The notes: generated by a model not told the origin, from the letters alone. 64,000 bases of DNA, filler included, from Conidiobolus incongruus B7586 (GCA_000697335.1; 44 parts of 44 records of this genome joined end to end with filler, not necessarily neighbours in it); one strand, 5' to 3'. Counted from the first letter of the whole stretch, positions 1 to 14,335 are shown. Numbers and translations: made by a program.

Positions 1-203
1 ATAATAAAAATATTTAATAAAATAATAGTTTAATATTTATATTTATAAAATAAAAAACTAATTGATAAATTTAACCAAATAAATATTTTTTTTACACGAA
101 CTAAAATTTTAATTTTAATTTCAAATTATATTAAATTATCAAAAATTAATTAAAAATAGTAAGATATTTGTTAATGTACTAATTTTTCAAATTTTGAAAT
201 ATA

Positions 204-1511
204 TTAGTATGAAAATTAAAGAATGGCAAATTTTTTAATTTCAGATCTTTCAAATATATTATATATTCTCAAAGATTATATATATAATATATATAAGAAA
301 ATAAATATTTTCAAACTATATTTATATATTCATTATTCAATAATTTTTTATTAAAATATATTGATTTTTAAATTTACATTTAAATTTAATCTTACTTAAA
401 CTAGATTGTGATTATCAAGAGACTGTCATTTTTGTATCTTTAAAACTTAACCATTTACCCTCTTAAATCATCTAAAGCTTGCAAACAGTTTATAAAGATA
501 ATGCTTTATCTAAAACTACCATATATCACTATATTTGTGATTTTAAAACTAGAAGGGACATTGTTTAAAATTTTTCAAAATTTAAAATACTAATTTCTAT
601 TATTACTCTTTTACTTACCAATAGAGTAAAAAAATAAATTAAGAAATACCCTTTATTTTCTGTTAAAGAAAAATCAAAGAAATATAATATTAATTATATA
701 TATGTATTGTATTTACTTAAGTTTAAACTTGGATTGATTAATAATAAAGTAAAATAGAATTCTTATAATATAATAAAAGCTTAAAAGAAAATTAAAATAG
801 TTATTAATAAATTAAACATATTAAGATATAATCCAAAACAATGATTTTTACAGTGAATACTTATAATTGATGAATTGTAGATTTTGTTATATAATTCTAT
901 ATCTAAAAATTAAATAATATGTTAAGCTAAATTGATTGAATTTATAATTTCCAATAAATACTTTAAATATTAGTATATGTTAATTATTATAATATATTAA
1001 AATGTTATATGGTTTTTTTATTTAATACTTCAAGGAAAATCAAATAATAATAAATTATATATTATTTTTTTGCATGAACACAATTTCAAAATAATATTTG
1101 CAATATAAATTATAAATATCTATTATTTTTAATGATAATTGCAAAAATATATAATTAAAGCTATAAAAGATTATATATATAAAAAAATTAGAGCGAGTTG
1201 CCGTATCTAGTTTATTTCACTTAATTATAATCTATTTGATTATAATTGTTTTAGACAATTAAATTAACAATTTGCAGGAAAAAAAATTCCTTCAAATAAA
1301 TTAAATTGATTTGTAAAAAATCAAATTTCAAACCTTAATAAAAAGAGCTGTTTTTTAAATATTAGAAACTTAGCAAAAATATAGAACAAAGTTATTAATA
1401 TTAAAGGTGGCAATTAATTTTTTATCATTCATTAATTTTGATATATTATTTATTAATTTATTTATTTAATTTCAATCTTAATATTGTGCTATTATTTAAT
1501 TTCTACACTAA
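204..1511 (+). mobile_element. Full-length degenerate mariner (DD34D), subfamily A2
   Basis: TA-flanked TIRs: TTAGTATGAAAATTAAAGAATGGC and, reverse-complemented, TTAGTGTAGAAATTAAATAATAGC. Decayed transposase (ALSKTTIYH, IIDE, YDYNCF). Confidence 0.9.
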
Positions 1512-1597
1512 TAATTTATTTTATAATATTTAATATTTTTAATATTTTGATTAATAAAATAAATTTAATATGAAATATTTATTATATACCAATGAAT

Positions 1598-1697
1598 NNN
1601 NNNNNNNNNNNNNNNNNNNNNNNNNNNNNNNNNNNNNNNNNTTAATTAATTAANNNNNNNNNNNNNNNNNNNNNNNNNNNNNNNNNNNNNNNNNNNN
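1598..1697. other. Artificial contig-joining linker N44-TTAATTAATTAA-N44 (first of 43; last at 62796-62895)
   Basis: An identical 100-bp block separates contigs whose lengths fall steadily (1585, 1572, 1502 ... 1232 bp). The central 12-mer gives stops in all six frames. Confidence 0.99.
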
Positions 1698-1925
1698 ATA
1701 ATAATATAAAATATATATTTTCAAAGTATAATTATATCTTTTAATAAAAACTATTTATAGTTATTACTATTAATATATTTAATAATGAATATTATAAATA
1801 AAATCTTATATAATATATATTATAATTTATTAATTTTCTATATTTATATTATATATACTAAGAAAACTCAATTAAATATAAAACATTATATTTTAAAATA
1901 AAATAGATTATCTAAGGTTTTATTA

Positions 1926-3237
1926 TTAATATGGAAATTAAAAAATAATAAGATTTTTAATTCCTGATTTTTCAAACATATTATATACTTTGAAAGATTT
2001 TTTATATATAAAATATTTAGGAAAATAAATTTTTTGAAATTAAATATATATTCAGTGTTAATTATTTCTTTATTTAAATAATTTGATTTTAAAATTTAAG
2101 ATTAAATTTAATTATATTTAAATTAAATTGTGATTATCAAAAGGCTTTCATTTTTGTATCTTTAAAACTTAACCATAAAGTCTTTAAAATCATTTAAAAC
2201 TTGCAAATAGCTTATAAAAATGGTGCTTTATCTAAAACTACCATATATCACTAGAATTTTGATTTTCAAAGCTAGAAGAGACTTTATTTAAAATTTACTA
2301 AAGTTTAAAAAACTAATTTCTACTGTTATTCTTTCATTTACTAATAAAATAAAAAAATATATTAAGAAATACCTTTTTATTTCTATTAAAGAGCTATCAA
2401 AGCAATTTAATATTAATTATATAAACATGTTATATTTACTTAAATTTAAATTTAAATCAATTAATAAAAATGTAAAATAAATATTTTATAATTTAACAAA
2501 AGCCTAAAAGAAAATTAGAGTAGTTATATTTAAACTAAATTTATTAAAACATAACCAAAAACAAAGATATTTATAATAAATACTTACAATTAATGAATTT
2601 TAGTTTTCTTTATATAATTCTTTATTAAAATATAAATATAAGTGTTGGATTAAGCTAAATTAACCTTTATAATAAATTTTTTTAAATAAATATTTTATTG
2701 ATAAATAATTATGAATTATTAAAGTAACTTATAATAGCATATGATATTTTTATTTAATTTCTAAAGGAAAATCAATTAATAATAAATTTTATATTTATAT
2801 TTGGAATAATATTATTTTTAAATAATATTATAAATAAAATTTGAGAAGATTTATTATTTTGATTGATAATTACAAAATATATGAATCTAAAGTTATAAAA
2901 AGTTTTCTAATTAAAAATGACTGGAAAAAATTACCATATCTAATATATTTACTTAATTTTAACTTATGTGATTATAATTGTTTTAGGTAATTAAAAAAAT
3001 ATCTTACAAAAAAAAGATTTTTACAAAAAAATTAAATTAATTTATAAATTATAAAATTTTTTTTATTAAAAAAAACTATTTTTAAAGTATTAGATTTTTG
3101 CTAAAAGTATAACAAAAAGTTATCAAAAATAAAAGAAATTATTGATTTAATTTTATATATTTTTTTTACTTTTTATATATTAAAATGTTTATTATTCTCA
3201 TTCACAAAAAATTTCCATTATTTAAATTATAAAATAA
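1926..3237 (+). mobile_element. Full-length degenerate mariner, A2-like 5' half with A1-like 3' end
   Basis: Colinear with the 204-1511 and 9899-11223 copies; TA-flanked TIRs. Confidence 0.88.
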
Positions 3238-5919
3238 TATTAATTATAACAAACTTTTATATATTATATAATATATACACTANNNNNNNNNNNNNNNNNN
3301 NNNNNNNNNNNNNNNNNNNNNNNNNNTTAATTAATTAANNNNNNNNNNNNNNNNNNNNNNNNNNNNNNNNNNNNNNNNNNNNTAAATAAATATTATTATG
3401 TTTATATTTTTAAATTTTAATATTAAAAATATTTATTAAATTATATATATCATATAATAGATTTTGATCAAACAAATATAAAAATAATATTGATAATAAA
3501 ATATCTTAAAAATAAAAAAAGACTTAAAATGATAAAAATAGAAAAATTCAAAATATAAGCAAAAAGATATATATAGTAATAATAGTTAAAGAATAATAAA
3601 ATATAGAAATTAAATAGATAATATTTTATCATAGTATATCAAAAATTCACAGAAACATCTTTTTTTTAAATTATTATCCAAAATATTAAAATCTTTTAGA
3701 GAAAAAAGAAAAAAGATCATGTTTAAAATTATAATCATTTTTTACAGCGAAATTACATAAAATGAAAATTTTATTACTTATATTAAATTATATTCTTATT
3801 CGATTGGATAATAATGCTATAAAATACAATATAATTAAAGGTTAAAGTAAAATTTCCGAATATTATTGACAGTAAAGATTAACTAACTTGATTTTTTATA
3901 TGATGCAAAGTAATTTGTTTTCTGAATAATTAAAAAATGATAATTAAATAGCTATATTCAATTATTGAAAACATAAATTATAATATAATAAACTAATATT
4001 TTATATATAGTATTTTGTTTAGTTTAATTTTTATTAATTATATTGATCAATATCAAAAGTTATGATTATTTTTAATCAATAAAATCATAATAATACTATA
4101 AATCAGGATAAGTGATGTTCAATATTATTAATTAGAAAAGGAACAAAACAGGAAACTTTTTAATATTTGATTTTTGGAATATATCATAAATTTTCAAAAG
4201 GAATCATGTACAACATAGACAAGAGAATTAATGGTTTCGAACGATATATAATGATTTATAATAATTTTTTATTGAAATATTTATACATATATATATTGTT
4301 GAGTTTAATTATATTTGAACTAAATTATTATTATCAAAGTTTTCTTATATCAATATCATTATTTCTATTTATTATAATTTTCAAATTTCATTAGATTTAT
4401 AAAATATTATACAGATAATATATTATTCAAATCTACCAACTATCACTAAATTTTTTTATTTTAATACTAAAAGGGATATTATTCATAGAAATTATTTTCT
4501 ATTATTATTTCAGATATTAACCAAATAGAAATATTTTAAAGTTGTTGCTTTTTTAGCTTTAATAAAATCGAAAAGATTTGATATTAGCTATATAAACATA
4601 TTTATAAATTAAACCTGAAATTTAGTTTAACACAAAAGAAACAAATTTAATAAATTATATTTCAAAAAGATTTAGAGCAATAGCTAAAACAATTTAGCTA
4701 TATAAACCTTTTTAAAATTAAATTAAAAATTAAAATATTAATATAATATCAGTAAAATTTATATATAAACATTTAAATAATGACTTTTTATTTGTATGTA
4801 ATTAAAATTAATAAATTAAAATAATCTTTTAACTTTATTTTAATAGGTAATTTATTGGAAAAAAATTGTAAAAATAATTTATATTTTCCATATTCTAATA
4901 TTCAATTTGAATTAAATAATAATAATAAAAATATCTTAAATGTTTTTATTATGANNNNNNNNNNNNNNNNNNNNNNNNNNNNNNNNNNNNNNNNNNNNTT
5001 AATTAATTAANNNNNNNNNNNNNNNNNNNNNNNNNNNNNNNNNNNNNNNNNNNNAAATAATATATTTTAATTTAAGTTAAAAAATTATCCAAATAAATTC
5101 AATTATAGATATAAAAATATATGATATATATATCAAACCCAAACATGGTTTAATTAATCAATTTATAGTAATAATATTTTATAAAAATAATAAGATATAA
5201 AAATATACCTATAATTAAAAGCTTTTATATTATATCTTTAAATTAATTAATCTCAGATTTATTATATTTTTTTATTTAAAATTAATTTAAAAATTTTATT
5301 AAACAAAATTGATGTTTTTTTATTAAATCTTAAAAATCTATTTAAATTAAAATATCAATTTTTATTATAAATTATAATTATATATTTTTTGTATAAAATA
5401 CAAAATAAATCAACTAATAACAATACTTATATTAATTATAATTTAATTATATTTGATTGGATTTCTATTATATATTAAGGACATTTATTATTTAATATTA
5501 TATTTATATACTAAGAGCTAGGTTTAGGTTCGATATAGTAGACTAGATTTAAATTATGAATGATATAATTAATTCAGAATATTAGTGAGTTTATCTAAGA
5601 TTTGAAATATATTAATTAGGATATTTATACTAGATGATATAATAAATAGTGTTAATATATATTTAAATACTAATAAGGATAGTCTTAAATCTTTGAAAAT
5701 AATTGTGAATAATAATAAACAATGGGAAATAATAAAATATTAATAAGAAACATAATATTTATTAGTTAAATTAATTTATACGATGAAATTAAGTTTAATA
5801 AAAAATTTCTTAGGATATTAAAATTGAATATAAATATAGAGCTTTATATAAGAGTTTAAAAAACTACTTGTTTAAAAAAGCTAAAAATATAGAGAAATAA
5901 AAGAAATAAAAAAATCTTA

Positions 5920-6250
5920 AATAAAACTATAAAAAAAGTATATTATTTAATATACTCACCAAATTATACCTAATATGATTATAATTATTTTAGTCAATTA
6001 AATTATATAATTATTGAAAAGAAAAATTTTGAAAATAAATTACATTAAAAATATTAAATTTCAATTTTAATAATAAATATTAATTAAGATTTAGAATTTT
6101 ATTGCAAGTATGGCAAAAAGATATTAATAATAAAAATCGTATTATCTATATATTATATATTAATTTTATTAAGTCATATATAAAAAACTAAACATTGCTT
6201 TATTATTGAAATTACTCTATTATTGAGTTTTTAATAAAATACAGTATTAT
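5920..6250 (+). mobile_element. Old mariner 3' fragment
   Basis: YSPNYT*YDYNYF and VWQK-like motifs match the C-terminus of family A. Confidence 0.55.
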
Positions 6251-6656
6251 ATTATAAAATGATATATTTTTTGTATAAATTATATAATAATTAAATACAA
6301 AATATTATAATAATTTAATAATTTTTTATAGAATTAAGATTAAAAACTTAAAATTAATTTAATTGAATTTATCTTTAATTTTTATTTTTTTATTATTAAA
6401 ATATTATTTAACTGAAAATATAATTAAACTATTAAGATATTATTATTTTAAAATCAATTTATAAATTTTATTATAATATAAATTCTATTTTATTTTTAAA
6501 ATTTACCTGAGTTTGAAATTTTGCTAAATTAAAATATTTATAATTTAATTAATAACNNNNNNNNNNNNNNNNNNNNNNNNNNNNNNNNNNNNNNNNNNNN
6601 TTAATTAATTAANNNNNNNNNNNNNNNNNNNNNNNNNNNNNNNNNNNNNNNNNNNN

Positions 6657-8147
6657 AAACGAGTCATAAAATTATAATTATATATATTTCTATTAATAAA
6701 TATTTTAATTCTTAATTAAATAAATTTTAAACTAAAAATATATATAATAAACTTATATTATTTATTTACAATCAAATATATTTAATCAAATTATATTATT
6801 TTTTAGGTAATATATTTTAATTTAAATTTTATATAAGTTATAAATTTGTATATTTTAGCTATAAAAAGAAAATTCTAACTTAATATATTTATTTTTGTTT
6901 TTTTTAACTTCTTTAAGTTTTTTGGGTAAAGAGTCAATTAACCTATTATATTAAGAAAGATTAATTTTGTTTTAAGTTTCTTAAATATATTCTTAAAGCT
7001 TATTTAAATTATTTAGTAATGGGAAAAATTTAATAATTTTTTTCATTAATCCTAAAGATATTTAATTAAATTAAAATTAACAAATTGAAAAAATTACTTT
7101 ATAACTATTATTATATTATTTTTAAACCATTTAAAAATAGAAATAATTATATAACAATAGGTATTATTTTATCAAAAAATAATATCTAATTTATTTAACC
7201 TATATTATTCAATAGTTTTTTTAATTTATTATTTAAGATATTCTAATATATATTATTGTTTATTCCTTTATTAACTTTATAAAGATATTTTAAATTATAA
7301 GATAATATATATTGCTAACCTATAATTAGCTTATAATTAACCTATCATATTATTTTTTGATGCAATTAATATAATGGTCATAAAGTATTTTTCTGTCTTT
7401 TTTAAAAATATTTAATTTTTTTAGTAAATTTATTAAAATATATTTTTATTTTATTAGATTAAATAACCATATTTTAATTAATTTTGGTTTAACTTTAATA
7501 GTGACATTTAAACTTTTATTTAACCTTATACTAGGATTTTTTTAATTAAGTATGTTTTGTTGAAATATAAGTGTTATTTATTATAATATATAATATTGTG
7601 AGGCTTCTAGAAAATAGTCTTGCAATAAAGATCACATGAGCTTGATGAAACAGGCTAAAGATAGCTAACTAGATACTTTAGAGGAGTTTTATTAAAATAG
7701 CAAGATCTAGGGCTTGACCCTGATTGAAGTGATCCCTTAGCAAATATCTGTCCAGTGACTATTTTATAATGTGGTTGATCCTTGGCCAATATGTTAAAGC
7801 TCCAACTTCTGCTATAGTCTGGAATTTTCCATTGTGCAAGGGTTGTTCCTGATATTTGTAAGTGGATTACATCTGGAATCTTGACAGACAGTTAAAATTG
7901 AAAGGCGAGTGGACCTCCCGATCTGCAACAATATATATAATAATATTAATATTAATAATATTTTTATATAATCTTGTAATTTTTCTATACTTTTATAATA
8001 ATATTTTACTTACTTATATTAACCAAACTATATATATATTATTTATTATATTTATTTATAATCTTAATATACTTATGTTAAAATATATCTTTATCATAAT
8101 TTTTAACAATTTTGATTATAATAAATTAATTAACATTAGTAATTCTA
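6657..8147 (-). mobile_element. Degenerate Tc1 (DD34E) family B copy interrupted by a solo LTR
   Basis: Colinear with other B copies. The outer DR AAACGAGTCATAAAAT is at the contig start. Confidence 0.88.
7597..7930. mobile_element. Solo LTR family C, 334 bp
   Basis: TG...CA termini and a 4-bp TSD ATAT. It interrupts a Tc1 copy at a site that is empty in sister copies. An inverted homologue lies at 9099-9432. Confidence 0.85.
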
Positions 8148-9098
8148 NNNNNNNNNNNNNNNNNNNNNNNNNNNNNNNNNNNNNNNNNNNNTTAATTAAT
8201 TAANNNNNNNNNNNNNNNNNNNNNNNNNNNNNNNNNNNNNNNNNNNNTATTTATATAAATTTTTTATATTTTACTAATTAATTTATATTTTCTTAAATTT
8301 TATTATGATATTTTTATAAATATTAATAAATGAATTATATTTGATAATAATTTTTAATAATTAAAATTTTATTATATTGTTATTATTATTATTATTTTTA
8401 TAAAATGATTTTTAAAGTATGTAATAGTAAAAAGAAAAGCCTAATTTAATACCCACGTGGCATGTAAATATATTAACAAATTAAGTTAATTTAAGCTTTA
8501 TAAGAAAATGAGCTAATATAAATATATTAGATATTATATTGGATAATATCAATAAAATATAGTAATTATAATTTTAATCTCGATCTTAAACAAAAAAATA
8601 ATAGTTCAAAATATAAAAAGAAATGAAAAATAAACAGGACTTGTTTATTAGTTACATTAATATTACTTATTGATATAAAATTAATTTTTAGAATTTTTGT
8701 TTATTATTTTATATAACTGTTTTATTATAAATAAACCAATAATTAATATTTTTAAAAATAACTTTATAGAAATGATATTAGTTCGATTAATAATCTTGGT
8801 GCTTTTCTCCCTTTTAATTTTTTTAATTATACCTATTATTTTAAAGATTAAAATTCAATCTATTTATCAATATTATATTTATTAATATTATTTAATATCA
8901 AATTTGTTTTATTTATATTAAATAACTTCTTTATTAGGATTAAATAAACTTGGCTTATTGATATATAAACTCACCCTATAGATATTATAATGAACCTCTC
9001 TTTATATTATATCAATTATAATATTATTAACTTTAAATTTATATAACTTAATCAAGTATAAAAATATGAAATATTAATTTAATTTATAATGAAACTAT

Positions 9099-9432
9099 TT
9101 TCGCGGATTGGGAGGTCCGCTTTCCTTTCAACTTTAACCGCCCGTCAAGATTCGGGATATAATCCATTTACAAATATCAGGAACAATCCTTGCACAATGG
9201 AAAGTTCCAGACTATAACAGAAGATGGAGCTTCAACACATTGGCAAAGGATCAACCACACTATAAAATAGCCACTGGACAGACATTTGCTAGAGGATCGC
9301 TTTGATCAGGGCCAAGCCCTACCTCCTGATATTTTAATAAAACTCCTTTAAAGTATCTTGTTTGTTGTCTTTGGCCTGTTTCATCGAATTCACGTGTTCT
9401 TTATCGCAAGACTACTTTCCATAAGCCTTGCA
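9099..9432. mobile_element. Solo LTR family C, 334 bp (second copy, opposite orientation)
   Basis: Same length as 7597-7930, 4-bp TSD CTAT, ends ...CCTTGCA. Confidence 0.85.
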
Positions 9433-9898
9433 CTATTTTTATAAATTTTTTTTAAAAATATTACATATTTTGGAACTTCAATAGAGTTCATTAAATAGAA
9501 ATATTTTGAATAATACTAAATCAAAATCTATTATTAATTTATTAATTTTTTTAAAATGATAAATATTTGTTTTATTAAAATCTATTTTATTAATCAGCAA
9601 TTTTTTATTAATATATAATTTATTAAAATTTTTAAAATTATTTAAGTTTATTTTAAACTATTTTCCTTAATTAAGAATAATTGTAATAGGTTTATATTTA
9701 ATTAATAAAAATAAAANNNNNNNNNNNNNNNNNNNNNNNNNNNNNNNNNNNNNNNNNNNNTTAATTAATTAANNNNNNNNNNNNNNNNNNNNNNNNNNNN
9801 NNNNNNNNNNNNNNNNTAATCATTTTTTTAATATATTTAAATTTTGATATTTAAACTTTTGCTTTAAAGTTAATAAAATATAAATAAAATTAGTAATA

Positions 9899-11223
9899 TT
9901 ATCTTGAATTTGAAATAATAGGAAATTTTTTAATTTCTGATTTTTCAAACATATTATTAGTTTAAAATAAATAAATATATACAGAATGAATAGGAAATTA
10001 TATACTTTTAAAATAAATATATATGTATATATATATCTATAAAAATTTTTTGATTAAAAATTAAATTTTTATAAAATAGATTGTTTAATTTAATCATGCT
10101 TAAACTAAATAATAATTATCAAAAGTCTTTTATTTTAATATTAATTAAATTTAACTATAAACCCTCTAAAATTATTCAAAATCTACAAGCAGCTTTTGGT
10201 AATAAAATATAATTTAAATCAATAATTTATTGCTAGGTAAATCATTTTAAGGCTGGGAGACAAACTATCCCAAACTTGTTAAAATCTAAAAGACTAACTT
10301 CAACTATCATTTTTTTAATTATTAATAGAGTGAAAAGATATATTAAAAAGCACCTCTTTATTTCAGCTAAAAAATTATCTAAGCATTTTAATATTAGTCT
10401 TATAAGTATTTTATATAAATTAAAGTTTAAACTTAAATTAATAAATATAAACACAAAATAGGTATTTTATAATTTAACTAAAGTTTAGAAAAAAGCTAGA
10501 GTAGTTTTTATTAAACAAAACTTACTACAATATTACCAGAAGCTATAACTTTTATAGTAAATAATTATAATTGATGAATTTTAGATCTTTATAGATAATT
10601 CTTAATAAAAACACAAATCAAAGTGCTGGATTAAGCCAAATCAATCCCCTTTACAAATCACTTTAAATAAACATTTTATTAGTAAGCAAATGTTAATTAT
10701 TAGAATGGATTATAATGGTATATACTACTTTTATTTAGTTCCTGAAGAAAAATCAATTAATAATAAATTTTATATTACCTTTTTAAATAAAAGTATTTCT
10801 GATTGGTTTTTTTAATATAATTTAAGAAAACCTATTATTTTGCATAATAATTGCAAAATATATAAATTTAAAGCTATAAGAAATATTTTAATTAAAAATA
10901 ACTGGAAAAAACTACCATATCGAGTATACTCTTTAGATTATAACCCATATGATTATAATTGCTTTAGATAATTAGAAAACCAGCTTGTAAAAAAGAAAAT
11001 TTTTCAAAAAAAATTAATTAGTTTATAAAACATTAAATTTCAATCTTTAAAAAAAGAACTATTTTTTAGGTCTTAGATCTTTGCTAAAAATATGGCAAAA
11101 AGTAATTAATAATAACAGAAACTATTAAATTTATATTATATATTAATTTTTTATATATTATATATTAAAATATCTATTTATTTTTAATTGAAAAAAATTC
11201 CCATTATAAAAAATATAAAGTAA
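9899..11223 (+). mobile_element. Full-length degenerate mariner (DD34D), subfamily A1
   Basis: TA-flanked TIRs with core AATAAT(A/G)GGAA(A/T)TTT; contains a transposase pseudogene. Confidence 0.92.
10096..11128 (+). pseudogene. Mariner transposase pseudogene (~344 codons)
   Basis: Reads MLKLN...*VFYNL (WVPHEL motif)...IIIIDEF*I...LHNNCKIY (LHDN)...YSLDYNPYDY (YSPDLAPSD motif). There are 34 residues between the second and third Asp positions. Many TAA/TAG stops. Confidence 0.93.
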
Positions 11224-11349
11224 TATATTTAAATTATATTATATTAATANNNNNNNNNNNNNNNNNNNNNNNNNNNNNNNNNNNNNNNNNNNNTTAATTA
11301 ATTAANNNNNNNNNNNNNNNNNNNNNNNNNNNNNNNNNNNNNNNNNNNN

Positions 11350-12708
11350 ATATATTTAATTTAATTATACTAACTTTTAGTTGATATATTAAAATTTAAA
11401 TTTTACTTAAGATATAAATTTATGTGTTTTGATTATAAAAAGAAAATTAAAACTTAATATATCTATCTTTTGCTTTTTTAACTTCTTTAAGTTTATAAAG
11501 TATAAAGTCAACTAAGTTCTTATATTAAAAAAGATTAATTTTGTTTTAAGTTTCTTAAATATATTATTAAAGCTTATTTAAATTTTTTGCTAGTGGGAAA
11601 GTTTTAACTATTTTTTTTAACTGATCCTAAAGATATTTAATTAGATTAAAATTAAAAAATTAAGGAAATTATTTTATAACTATTATTTTATTATTTTTAA
11701 TCTATTTGGTAATAAAAATAAAAGTATAAAAAAAGATATTATCTTATTAAAAAATAATATCTAATTTATTTAACCTATATTATTCAATAGTTTTTTTAAT
11801 TTATTATCTAAAATAATTTAGTATATCTTAATATTAATTCCTTTATTAGGTTTATAACAATATTTTATATTAAAAGATTATATATATATCTTTAAACTAT
11901 AATTAATTTATCATTATATTTTTGAGTTAAAATAATATAATGGTTATAAAAGAATTCTTTATCTTTTTTGAAATATCTAGCTTTTTTATTAAATTTATTA
12001 AAATAAATTTTTGTTTTATTAAATTAAATAGTTTTAATTAATTTTTGCTTAACTTAAATAATAATATTTAAACTCTTATTTAACCTTATAATGAGACTTT
12101 TTTAATTAAGGGTTTTTTTTCTTAAAATACAAATGGTATTTATTAAAATATAAAGCATATATAATAGTATTAATACTAACTAATATTTTTATATGATTTT
12201 ATAATTTTTTTTATACTTTTATATTAATATTATATTTATTTAGAATTTTAATATACTTAAGTTTAAGTTTAAATATATCCTTATTATAATTTTTAATAGC
12301 TTTAACTATAGTAAACTAATTAACACTAGTAATTCTAATAATCTTATAAGTTGATTTATCTTTATTATAAAGTCAATTAATATATAAGTGAATCTTTTTA
12401 AAAAGGGATTTTGGTATTTTAATCCTAATATTATTCAAAATAATAGTTTAAAATAAAAATAATAGAATATATATATATAATTTAATAAATGAAAAAAAAG
12501 ATTTAAGTAATTTTTGTTTTATATACCCTTTTAACATATAAACTTATAAATTTATGACTTATACTATTTAAAATTTAAGATTTAATATATTAACCAATAA
12601 TATATTAAATTTAATTAAATATAGCCTATTATGATTAAATAATATACTTTAATTATATATTTTAATTTAAATTAATTTAATTAAGAATTATTTAAATTAT
12701 AGTTAAAT
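11350..12708 (-). mobile_element. Degenerate Tc1 family B copy
   Basis: Colinear with B. Its left TIR is the reverse complement of the right end seen at 53420-53580. Confidence 0.88.
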
Positions 12709-12844
12709 ATATACTAACCTATAAAAATAAGTTATAAAATTAAANNNNNNNNNNNNNNNNNNNNNNNNNNNNNNNNNNNNNNNNNNNNTTAATTAATTAA
12801 NNNNNNNNNNNNNNNNNNNNNNNNNNNNNNNNNNNNNNNNNNNN

Positions 12845-14112
12845 ATTAAAAAATTAAACATTTTAATATATAAAAGATAATAATAATTATATAATATAAA
12901 GTGAATAATTTTTTTTATTCTTAATAATTTTTTGCTATATCTTTGGAAAAGTTCAAATACTTAAAAAATAGCTTTTTTTATTAAGGACTAAAATTTAATA
13001 TTCTATAAACTAATTATATTTTCCTATAAAAATTTTTTTATAAGCTGGTTTTTTAATTACCTAAAATAATTATAATTACATGGGTTATATTCTAAGGAAT
13101 ATATTAGATATAATAGTTCTTTCAAGTTATTTTTTAATAAAAATTTTTTTATAGCTTTAGATTTATGTATTTTGTAATTATCATGCAAAATAGTAGGTTT
13201 TCTCAAATTGTATTAAAAATACCAATTAGAAATAAGTTTATTAAAAAAAATATAAAGTTTATTATCAATTGATTTTCCCTAAGAAACTAAATAAGAATAG
13301 TATATATCATTATAATTTATTATAATAATTAACATTCATTTATCAATATAAGTATTTATTTAAAAGAATTTATAAAAAAGATTGATTTAATTTAATCTAA
13401 TATTTTGATTTATGTTTTGATAAAATATTATAGAAAAAAGCTTAAGATTCATCAATTGCAATAATTTATTATAAAAGCCTTTGTTTTTAGCTATACCATA
13501 GTAAGTTTTTTTAAAAATAACTATTTTATCTTTTTTTTAAATTAAATTAAATTATAAGATACCTATTTTATATTTTTATTAATTAATTTTAATTTAAAGT
13601 TTAATATATATAAAATACTTATATGACTAATATTAAGATATCTTGATAATTCTCTAGCTGAAATAAAAAGGTATTTTTTAATATTTTTTTTTCATTTTAT
13701 TAATAATTAGAAGAGTGATAGTTAAAATTAGTGTTCTAAATTTTGATAGGTTTTGGATAGTTTTTTTATAGCTTTAAAGTAATTTACCTAGCAATAAACT
13801 ATTTATTAAGATAATGTTATATTACTAAAAGTAGCTTGTAAATTTTGAATGATTTTAGTGGGTTTATAGTTAAGTTTTATTAATACTCAAATAAAACACT
13901 TTTGATTGTCATTATTTGGCTTAAGCATGATTAAATTAAATAACAAATTTTAAAAAAATTATTTTTTTAATCAAAAAATTTATTATATATATATATAATT
14001 CAAAGCTATTTATATTCTTATTTATTTTGTATATATTTTTTTATTTGAAATTAATAATATATTTGAAAAATCAGAGATCAAGAAATTTCCTATTTTTTTA
14101 ATTCTATAGTAA
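12845..14112 (-). mobile_element. Degenerate mariner A1
   Basis: Retains LHDN (reverse complement of ~13172-13190); left TIR plus TA. Confidence 0.9.
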
Positions 14113-14335
14113 TATTATTTATAAAATCTTAATTTTGCCAATTATTTAAAAAATTTTATTTAACAAAATAATATATATTTTTAAATATTTTATTATAAGA
14201 TTATTAAAATAATATAATTAATAAATAAATTTAAANNNNNNNNNNNNNNNNNNNNNNNNNNNNNNNNNNNNNNNNNNNNTTAATTAATTAANNNNNNNNN
14301 NNNNNNNNNNNNNNNNNNNNNNNNNNNNNNNNNNN

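Noticed and set aside
7597..7930. GC-rich island as an rRNA, ncRNA or SINE
   Set aside because: No rRNA or tRNA motifs were recognised. TG...CA ends, equal length and 4-bp TSDs fit a solo LTR.
7862..8203. 113-aa ORF from the track (likewise 39164-39349)
   Set aside because: Both ORFs run into the N linker, and 7862-8203 also crosses an LTR/Tc1 junction.
10096..11128. Ciliate-type code (TAA/TAG=Gln) rescuing the transposase ORFs
   Set aside because: Stops also replace conserved Trp codons, differ between copies, and come with frameshifts and catalytic-site mutations.
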